From an uncultured Clostridia bacterium (GTDB lineage: Bacteria; Bacillota; Clostridia; Christensenellales; UBA1242), in assembly GCA_944384425.1 (NCBI GenBank), contig CALWTI010000001.1, positions 9 through 64,008 on the forward strand: a DNA stretch of 64,000 nt. The letters are read 5' to 3'. Of this stretch, positions 9,097-19,600 are shown in pieces. The notes under the pieces are model-generated. The model saw only the letters and a program-made list of their open reading frames with translations, made no database searches and was not told where the DNA came from. Every line of letters begins with the position of its first letter. The first letter of the stretch is position 1. The position numbers and the translations under genes are program-made.

Positions 9097-9125
9097 AGTG
9101 TATCAAATTATTGATACATTGTCAA
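9097..9125 (-). promoter_or_regulatory. Sigma-A-type promoter for tRNA-Thr
   Basis: On the minus strand: TTGACA, 17 nt, TGa-TACACT, ending about 10 nt before the tRNA 5' end. Confidence 0.55.
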
Positions 9126-9134
9126 TTGTTTTTG

Positions 9135-10601
9135 TCATAACAATGGCGAGAAAAGTCTAAGAATTGCTTGGAATAATTTGCTAGCGAAAAACTTTCGATT
9201 GAAGTCTTTGAGCGTGACGAGTTTACTGTTTTTTATATCATTTTCAAAAATTTGTGCATTATAATCTACAAACTGCTTGTCATACAAAAGCGTTGTTAAT
9301 TCAAAATTAAGTTCAAACGAGCGATTATCTGCATTGCAAGTACCTATTGACACACAAAGGTCATCGACAAGTAGCGTTTTTGAATGTAAAAATCCGTTAT
9401 AAAAATACACTTCAATTCCAGCATCTAGTAGCTGTTTCACATACGAAAGCGTAACATAATAAACTGTTCTTTTGTCGGGTTTCCCTGGTATCATAACCTT
9501 GACATCAACGCCCGTCTTTTTTGCTATTATTAGCGACTTCAAAAACATTTCATCAGGGATAAAGTATGGAGTTTGCAAGTATATTCTTTTTTGTGCAAAA
9601 GATATCATTCTAAGATATGCGTCTTCAATGAACCTTTGACTGCTCTCTGGTCCACTTGTGACAACCTGAGCACCAATTTGCCCAACTTCTTTTAATGAAG
9701 ACTCCAAAAAATAGCCCTCTTTGACAAGCTTTTGAGCGTTTAGTCTTTGTTTTTTCACGCACCTAAAATCATTAAAAAAAACATTTTGCAAATCCCACAC
9801 TGCTGGTCCCTCAATTCTAATATGAGTATCTCGCCATGGCGAAAGTCGCTTCTTTTTGCCCATATGGTCATTTCTCAAATTTATGCCACCTGTGTAGCCA
9901 ATTTTGCCATCTATTATAACAATTTTTCTGTGATTGCGGTAGTTTACTTTGAAATTGATTAACCTTATGCCCATAAATGGTGGAAAAAACTCTGCAACTT
10001 CGCCACCCGCCTTTTTTAGTTTTCTAAAAAATCTTCGTGGGGCTTTGAGTGAACCAACACTGTCATATATAAGTTTAACTTTGACGCCCTCACGTGCCTT
10101 TTGGCACAAAATTTGCATTATTTCTTTTCCCGTTTGGTCATCATCAAAAATATAATACTCAATGTTTATATTGTTTTTTGCGTTTTTCAAGTCTTTTTTT
10201 AAGCTTTCAAGTTTTGACGGTCCATCGGTAAATACCTGCACCTTGTTCCCTATTGAAAAAACATTGTTATCATTTGACTTGACAAACTTTATGAGTTTAT
10301 AAGCATAGTCATATTTTTCATTTTTTGCACGAAGTTTATCAAAATTTATGCGTTGCCAAGAAATAAACTGCAAATAGTCTTGTGTGTATCTTCTTTTTCG
10401 GCGTATATATACCCTCGTTCGTATGCTAAGTCCGCCACCAAACAAAATATATAAGAAAAACCCAACGTAAGGAAAAACTGCCATTATTGCAAACCACCCA
10501 AACACGCTTTGTGGCTGTTTTCTTTCAACAAATATCATTACAAGCAAAAGTAACAAGTTTATTACATATGAAACTATCAAAACTATTGTACCAACTGGCA
10601 T
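9135..10601 (-). CDS. cls: Cardiolipin synthase
   Basis: Two N-terminal TM helices and two HKD motifs (NHRKIVIIDGKIGYTGGINL and LHSKTLLVDDLCVSIGTCNADNRS). RBS AAGGAG. Confidence 0.9.
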   Translation of the reverse strand: MPVGTIVLIVSYVINLLLLLVMIFVERKQPQSVFGWFAIMAVFPYVGFFLYILFGGGLSIRTRVYIRRKRRYTQDYLQFISWQRINFDKLRAKNEKYDYAYKLIKFVKSNDNNVFSIGNKVQVFTDGPSKLESLKKDLKNAKNNINIEYYIFDDDQTGKEIMQILCQKAREGVKVKLIYDSVGSLKAPRRFFRKLKKAGGEVAEFFPPFMGIRLINFKVNYRNHRKIVIIDGKIGYTGGINLRNDHMGKKKRLSPWRDTHIRIEGPAVWDLQNVFFNDFRCVKKQRLNAQKLVKEGYFLESSLKEVGQIGAQVVTSGPESSQRFIEDAYLRMISFAQKRIYLQTPYFIPDEMFLKSLIIAKKTGVDVKVMIPGKPDKRTVYYVTLSYVKQLLDAGIEVYFYNGFLHSKTLLVDDLCVSIGTCNADNRSFELNFELTTLLYDKQFVDYNAQIFENDIKNSKLVTLKDFNRKFFASKLFQAILRLFSPLL

Positions 10602-10618
10602 AATTTCTCCTTTTAATC

Positions 10619-10646
10619 AAAAGGTGGAAAATACTTCCACCTTTTG
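10619..10646 (-). terminator. Putative terminator downstream of giant gene A
   Basis: 11-bp stem aaaaggtggaa/ttccacctttt with a 5-nt loop, 27 nt after the stop. The U-run is partly inside the stem, so this call is only moderate. Confidence 0.5.
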
Positions 10647-10672
10647 AAATATTATTTGAACTTTGCTTTTTA

Positions 10673-13600
10673 TTATTGCACTGTGATATTTAAAGTATTT
10701 GTATATAGTACGATGTCTTGGGCTCCTTGTTTTTCTTCACCACTTAAATTGTCATAAACTGTTATATAAAATTCAACATCTACACTTATTGAATTAGATG
10801 ACAAATTAGTTGAATTTAATACTAGTGAATAACTGCCATTATTGTTTTTAAGTGTGACATCTGAACTTTTTACGCGAACATAAATATCATCCACATTCAC
10901 CCCGTACATACCAGACAAAAGGGTAAACACATTTTTATAGTTCTCGTCGATTCTTGTGGATAAATATGTAACGACTTCACCAGTAGTTGCATCAATTGCC
11001 GAGCCTTTCTCTTGATTTCTATACAAGAATGAACAATTAAACGCTTTTCTATTACTATCGATGCCATACTCAATAGTCAAAGATATTAACTTTTTATCAT
11101 AACCAGAAAGCGAACCAGATGAGACAAGTAAGATACCTTCTGTGCTAATTGTGACATTGAACATATTATCAATCTGAGTGCCGTTTACATATGTGCTAAT
11201 TATCGTAGCTGATACTCCTGATGTAAATGGATATTGTGTACCAATGTCATCTTTTGAGATAAATATAAAGTCATTTGTTTGTGTTTCTTCGCCCTCAGGG
11301 TCTACAAGCGTTGTGATTGTATTGTACCCGTAAACTTTAATATCTGAGAAGTCAATAACATTACTATTTACAAAGTTGATTGTACTTTCTCCTGGCTCCA
11401 TTGCTAGATTTGCCTCTCCGTTTATTTGTTCCGCGTTTTTGTAAACATAAACGGTAATTGTGCCGTATTTTGTTAAAGCTGTGTTGTCAGTTTGTGATAA
11501 GTTATTACCCAAAGTGTAAGTTAGAGTTGTCAAAATTCCATTTGTCGTTGTTAAGCAAATAACTTTATCAGAGTTAATCAATTTTTCACTATCTTCTATA
11601 GAATCTAAATTAAATATGTCAAGTCCAGAATCTATGTTTCCATATATATTTCTAAGTTGAATTTTAGGAAGCAACTTCTTGAATATTTCGTCTGCCCCTT
11701 CTGTTGAAACACATTCGTATATTGAACTTGAAACAAGACTATTTGCGCCATAGCGTGTGTCAACAAACGAAATGTTATTGAGTCTAACTCCAACATCATC
11801 ACTTCCTTTAAGCTGAACAACCATATAAATGCTTGAATTTGCATATTTGTTTGGAATTGAAATTGAATTTACACCGTCCCAGTCAACTATTTTTCCCAAG
11901 TTTTCACCTTGTTGTGTTTCGTACAAACTCACAACAATATCAGGGAAACGAGTTGTTATTTCTTTGCCTGTATATACCCTTGAATGTTCATCTGATATTG
12001 AGAGCATTTGAAGTATGTCTTTGGTCTTGACATCAAAGTAATTCTCCGTTTTGCTTGCGACCTTTGGCAATCTTGGCACGTTGGCCGTAATTGTGTAGGT
12101 TGTTGCACTTGCGTCTGTGAAATACAATCTCACTGTGTCAATGTATTCACTGACATCTTTCTTTTCTCCATATTTAACCGCAATGTCAATCATAAGGTAA
12201 TTAGACTCTATATTAAATCCTGGATACAATGTTATTTTTCCGTTCTCATCAATTTTTGCATATTGGCTTCCGCTCGACTCTGCTGTGTTTATTGAATAAA
12301 CAAAGTCACCACCGTTGCCACTAAGTGTGGTGTTATCAGAATCTACAAACGAAGTTGCAGATGTGTATCCTGCCACGAGCTCAAATGGTCTGATTGTTGT
12401 CCCAGCCCAAGTGTCAAGTTCAACAACAGTGTCGTCACCAGAGATGTATGAATCCAAAACAACATTTCTTGCTTGCTCTGAACCATATGCAAGTGTTGAA
12501 TCAACATCAACATATTTTAAGGTTATTCTTATGTCAGCAGTGTAGTTCTTTACATTTTTGGTTGCAACACCATTACTAAATCCATATGAAACATTAATTT
12601 GAATACTACTTTCGGCATACTTTATATTTAAACCATCAGTGCTTGTTAAGAATGTTGAGCCGTCATTTATATACTTTACCATATTGTAGATAAGCGTACT
12701 CTCATCACTATCTTCACTATCGGTACTTTCAGCAAAAGATATGCCTTTTAATTGTGCCCACTGACTCACGCTCAAGCCATCAATAATTGTTCTTGATGAA
12801 TTTGTGTAGAGTGACACTTTTTGAGAACCTTGAATTACACCAAGTTCACGCAGTGAGTATGTCGCGACTTCATTCTTATTTGCAGTCAAACTCACATTTT
12901 GTACTTCACCTGCTTCATTTACGAAATAAACTGTTAACTTTGAATCGTTTTCAATTTCTCTTAAACCTATTGATAGTGTTTGGTCTGCTATTATATAAGA
13001 GGTATTTATCTTTATTTTGTATGTCTTATTTTCAGTTTCTTGAGCATTGTCATGATATGTATAATTAAACTCTGAAGCTTCTGATTCACCTTTGTAAGCA
13101 CTGCTTGTTTCGTTAGACAAATAGTAATATACGCTTCTATCTCCATCTGAATAAGTGAATTGATTGCCCGCAACAATTGAAGTACTTGTATTTACTCCTT
13201 TTTCGTCATAGACATAAGTCGTTACCGAGTAAGTTATTTGGAAACGATAATTGCTTATATCTGTTATTCCGAAGTTATCTATTGAGAAGTAAACTTCAGA
13301 ATTGTCACTTCTCGGAATTGTAAGTGAAATTTTTTGATTGTTTTGCAAATTGGTTGCAGTAACTTCCAATGAAAGTACATTTTGCACATCAGTAAATTTC
13401 ACTTCGTGACCATCATTGTCAAATATGGTGTAATCAAAATATATTGTGTACGAATCTTTAAGACTTCTTTCGCCAACTGTATAATTTTTACTATTGTCCA
13501 CAACGTCAATGATATCAAGCAAACTAAACTCTACACCATCTCTCACATATGGAGTATCGCTCGTCGACAAACTGTATCTTTCACGTATGACTGTTGGAAT

Positions 13601-16600
13601 TTTTATTTCAATTTCATTGCCTTCGTCGTCTTTGGCACTTAATGTTAAATCTCCATATATTCTGCCATCACTATCAGCAAACACACTGTAATCTAATAAA
13701 CCGATTTGGAAATAAAATACTTGTGATTGGTTAGCACCTGTACTCAAAACATCAAAAGTAATAGCATTATTCCCAGCATATTCAAAACTTGCAGTCCAAT
13801 TTGCACTGAATCTAGCAAGCGTCATTTTGTCGCCAGAATCACGATTTACAAATGTGACAGGTATGGTGTGGTTATATTCATTTACAGATGTGTCCTTATC
13901 AATTAGAGCCACCGTATCTAACTCAAACGCAGTCAGAGTGTTAGTTGTGTAACTAATGTTATATTGAGCAACTATTGTCACATAATATGTCATTTTGTAG
14001 CCATATGGGTCAGTGAGTGTGATATCTACATTTTTGTTACCAAACTTGATGTCAGAGAATTTGAATGCCAAATCATAGTTTTGTGAACTTTGTTCATATT
14101 TAACCACATATTCCCCACCCTGGTCATAAGTGACATTAAACATAGGGGCGACGTTGCCTGGTTCGTTTTGATTCTCGTTTTTATGTTCAATGTATATGTA
14201 GTTTGCAATACTTGAATTTTCAATAATTGATTTGCTACCCCATTTTGCAAAGACTATGTAATCTATGAAATTGTAATCGCGAATCAAATTTCTATTTAAA
14301 GAAGTGTTTATTGTTCTATCTGAGTTAATTAAACTTTCATTGACATAGTCATGACTTACAATAAATGAGAAAGTATAATCTTTTGTTATTGCGCCATAGG
14401 CAACAGTTAACACCAAAGTCACTGTAACAGTAGTTTCTTTTGGTGAGCCATATGCCATAAAGTTATAGTCGTAGTTAATAGCATCACTTTCGGCAGCAGT
14501 GTATCTTAAATATCCAACACCATCTTTAATGAGATTTTGATATTCAGAATTTGTTGCACTGTTTGACATCTTTTCAGTAATGTTCAAACTTAGTCCTGTG
14601 CTCGAAAAGTCAGAAGGTAGATAATAAGTGTTATCTGAGCCCCTCTTCATATTCAAAAGGCTAATATAGTTTGCGTTGCCATATCCCGCACCATTGTGTA
14701 ATACGCTAGTGTTTTGACCTGCTGACAACTCAATGTCACTTGTCTTGTCAAATACAATATCAAAGCCGTAGTTAACATAATATGTACCGATTGCAGTTCC
14801 TGCTGTTTGGTCGGCGATTGCATGACCATTTCTTGTGTTCACATATATTGATTTTGATATCACTTGTTCTTGGGTAATAGTTTCGCTTGATTGAACAAGT
14901 GTGCAATCTGTTCCACTTAAAAGTCCGTATGTTTTAAAGAAATCAATAGTAGTGAATGAAGTTGTTGGGACATCACCACTTGGACTTAATGCTGTAACTG
15001 TTCTGTAAGAAAGGCTAATTCTTGAATCAAATGAAATTTCAAGATTGTTCCATACATCATCAAGTGTCTGTACTCGCTCATATTCTCCATTATCAGAAAG
15101 TTCATATATTTCCCAAGTCACGCCCATATCGCTTGATACAAAGCCTGTCATATCCGAAACTGTCAAGCCTGAAAGCGTCACATAAAATGAAATATTAGTT
15201 CCTTGGCTCCCCTGAGCAAGTGCCACATAATCTGAATTTGCACTTAGTCCATTTATTGCAGAAATTTTAACATATTTTGTTGTAGAAAGGTCTACACCCA
15301 TTGGAACGGCAAGTGTCACTTTGATTTTTGAAAGTATATCATCATTTGAGCCAATGTATATATTTTCTGGATTATTTGAACTGTTAGTCATTACAGATGT
15401 GTTGTAGTTGTATCCTGTAAATTGATAAACACTATTAAATACAACAACATTGTAAACCCCAATTGGAATAAATGTTGTCTGTCCGTCTAATGCATAATAT
15501 AGACCAAATTGAATGTTAAGACCATCATACACGCTAACATGTTCGCTGGATTGAATACTAAATTCTGTGTTCAAATTCAAATATTGGTTACCAACAGCTT
15601 CGCCGTTTGCATAGACATATTCAGCACCATTTCCAACCCTGACATAAATGTGACTTGCGTAATTAATATCATCGCTTTGAGCTTCTTCGGTGTTTTCGCT
15701 TTGAACTTCAACACGTACCCCCTGTGCAAGGTCTGCCATTTCTGTTAAAGAAATAACATTTTGTGCATTAGCCGACGAATCAAACCAATATGACTCGGCA
15801 ACTGCAATCAAGTCGTCATTTGGAGATGGATAGTTTGTGACAATTTTGAAGTTTGGAGTAACCGTAAAGTTAAAGTACGAGTTCATGACCAAAATATCAT
15901 CGCCACTTACTGTATTATAATATGATACTCTAAATGACAAATTTGTTTCATCAGCAACTTCGCTTATGTCTAACTGTACAACATAATGATTGTTTTCATC
16001 TAAAACAACACTACCTTTGAAATCACCATATGCATTTTGGGTTATAAGTTCAACGCTCAATTTACCAAGGTTGTTATCAACAACATTTTGATACCACTTA
16101 TCAAAGTCTACGCCAGTGTAATCAAACAATGACAATAATATGTTGTCGACATCTTGTGTCTTGCCTGCTTGAATATTCTCAACTGGCAACATATTGTTTT
16201 GAGATATTTGCTGATAATTAAGCGTGCCAACTTTTAATGTTGCTTTAATCGTAAGTGAAAAATCAAAGTTGTATGTGACACTTTGTGTGTCATCTGTAAA
16301 TATAAACTTAATTTTAATTTTAACAGCTGTATCTTCTGTAACAACGCCAATTTTTAAACTGTTTGTTTCTTGAACATATTGTATTGCTGAATTTGGCGTC
16401 ACAATTTCAGCAGTTATATTATCAAAATCACTAAATGTTTCACCTGTGTCATCTTTAACAATTTGGAAGGTATCTGCTATATTTAGTACATTGCCTACCT
16501 CAATTTCATAAGCACCAGATGATGCTTCGGTCAAAACAGAATCATCAATAAGTTTGATGCTATAATTTGAAAGTACAAACAAGGTCACGACATTTAAAGT

Positions 16601-19600
16601 TCCATATTTGGTATAGAATACCATATTTGTGTTCCAGTTTTCTGTCGTATCGTCTGCATACAGTTTCATCGTGTCATAATCAATGTGTGCACTTTGACCG
16701 TCGACGCCTGTTGGAACGATATAATAACACAACAACTCATTTGCTGATGTTAAACTACCTGACTGATTTAAGTACATTGAAAGTGAATATAACCCATCAA
16801 GCGATAAACCTTCATCGCCAGCTTTTAAGTTTATATCCTCAATATCTGGAGATGAAACTCCCATTTCTGTGCGTTGTGTGAAACTAAACTCAGGGATTTC
16901 ACCTGCACTTATATAATAGTAAGCTGTAAGTCCACTTTCGGTTGTCATACCAACTTTAACTCTGACATATTGTGCACCGCTACGGTTTATTGTCACAACT
17001 CCGTCAGAAGTTACTTGAGCATATAAAGAAACATTTTTTGCTGTGAACCAACCATAGAAATAGTATGCCACTTCAGAAATACTAAATGTCAATTTTGATG
17101 ATGGTACTGGCTCAACTTGTGGCGTAAATTGTCCATTTACGAGAATACCAACCACAATTCTCTGCCCGTTTTGTGAATTTGGTGTGAGATTGTCAAATCT
17201 TTCAAGAAGATTTAATTTTGCACTGCCTTTGTCATCAAAACTCAAATACTCCATATCGTACTTAACGTCTTGAACATTGCCATAAAGCTCACTACCACTA
17301 ATGTTTTGATTTTCAGAATTACCCAAAACATATGGATAGTAAATATTTACATCTAGCATTTGCTCAATTTTTACTAGGTATGGAACAATCAAACTATTTA
17401 CTGCACGATTTAATTTAGCTTCAATAATTACATATGTTTCTTTCCCGACTGGCTCAACAATAAGTTTGTCACCATCAAATCTTGCATATGAGTGCAAGTC
17501 TTGTTCATCTATGTTCTTAACAGATAATATAGAGCCTTTTAAGTAGCTTGACAATCCGTAATTTTGTGTCTGCCCGTCAATAAAGATGTTGTAGCCATCT
17601 GCATTATATTCTGAAATTGTGTAATAAAGTCCATTCTCCATCACCCAATCTATGTCAAGCAGGTCAAGAAGGTCATATTCTTGGTCCTGAATTTGGTTTG
17701 GATAAATAACATATGGTAAATCAAAAGGTAAAAGTATGATATTGAATATAATGCTGTCGCCACTGCTTAAAGCTAATACTGCTGAATTTTCTGCAATTAT
17801 ATTGTCGTTTACCCCTTGAATTGTGACAATGTTACCTTGAACCACAATGTTATTAGTGCTTTCTATGTTTAACTGTGCAGTAATTTGAGCAGTACTATTT
17901 TGGTCATGCGTTATAGTAAATGCTTGCAAAATATCATCAAATGTATATTGCTCGCCATTGACAAATTTAATGTAGTACTCTCCGCCATAAAGCACCCACA
18001 TTGTGCTATCAGTGTTCCTTGTTATGTTTGGACGAACATTGAGTGTAATTTCATATGTCTTTCCGTCTGATGTCAAAACATCAATGCCGTTGTATGTAAC
18101 AATAAGTTTGACATTTTTACTGTTGTTTATATTTGAAAGACTGTAAATAACAAATTCATTTGTTGCAGGCTTTTGTTGTATAGCGAAATTGTTGCTATCA
18201 TTTTCGTCAACAAACCTAAATCCTATTTGTGAATAGTCTATATCAAATGCTATGCCGTCAATTTCAATGTTTGAATTATATATTCTATTTATGGTAAGTG
18301 GTGCATTTACTGTTCCAAGAAGTGTTGCACTTCCATAATAACGAGTACTGCCACCGTTTATTGTATCATATGCAACATCAAGCAAAATCTCATCACTTGA
18401 CTGGGTTGTCATCACATTTGGATTGATGTAAAGATATATTTGACTTGAAGCATCGACACTTGCATTTATTTGAGCATCGCTTACATTTTTTTCAAATGCG
18501 AGCATCACTCTTCTGTATCCGTTGTTTTCGGTCAAAGATTTGAATACAATGTAAACATCATAGTTGTATATATCTTTTGAGCCGTCTAGTCTTTGTACAC
18601 CAGCATTGTTTTGTATTTCTTCATTATCCCCACTCAGCTTAAAACTTGCTACATATGCATTTGCGTTGGCGTTTGCATTGTTGCCTAACAAAATTTTGTC
18701 ACTAAGGTCACCATTTTCGTCATATTCATAAAGGAATAGAGAATATGCAGATTGGTCAAGAGTAAAATCTTCTGAGCCCGTTCCTGCCAAATAGTGAACT
18801 TGTATGCTTACTTTATAAAGCGAATCAGCATAAGCTCCAAGATAAGGGACATTGCCAACACTTGAAATTGGTTCAACTTGATAATCATTACCAGACGAAT
18901 TTAATGCCAATGTGATATTGCTTTGAATTTCAAGCACAACTATTTGTGAAATTCCCAAAGGTGCTACTGTTATGCGAAGTTGCAAACTATATGGTTTGCC
19001 AAAATCTTTGAGTATAGTCAAACCGCTGAGATTTGATGTTGTTCCCTCGAATCCAACATAATCTTCAAGAACCGTTGCGTCTTGGTCGTTAACAAGTGAA
19101 ATATTCAAAAGGCTTGTAAGATATCCGCTTCCACTTGGCGAAGTGTAATAATATGTTAAAAGGTTTGCATCGCCTACCGTTGTGGATTTAAAGTTTACTA
19201 TTGAGCCTGCGTATCCGACAACTTTGATTGATTGTTGTGCAAAATCATATAATTTTTCAGCGCTATACTCTTGCGACACCATAGATTTTGAGTATGGAGC
19301 AGAAGGCGTTTCTTGCAACTGTTCAACTTTTGACACATAACCTTCTTGCACGCAAGTAAAGTAAAGTGTATCTTTCACAGCCCCCTTTGCGTCACGAAGA
19401 TAAACTTCGACATTTCCTGTACCATTAAACGTGAAGGTTCCGTTTGAGACAGTCAAAATTGATGTATTTGAACTTTCCAAAGTGTACTGGCTTGAAATTG
19501 GCAATTTGCCATATTTGTCAGCAAGCACAACAGAAAGTGTTGAATAGTCAATTTCCCCAAGGTCATCTGTTTCAAAAAGCATACTGCTTACATCATTGCC

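Noticed and set aside
18650-18680. NANANANA micro-repeat in giant A as a possible slippage or phase-variation site
   Set aside because: There are only about four imperfect GCN-AAY repeats in frame. That is too short and too impure to be a credible contingency locus.
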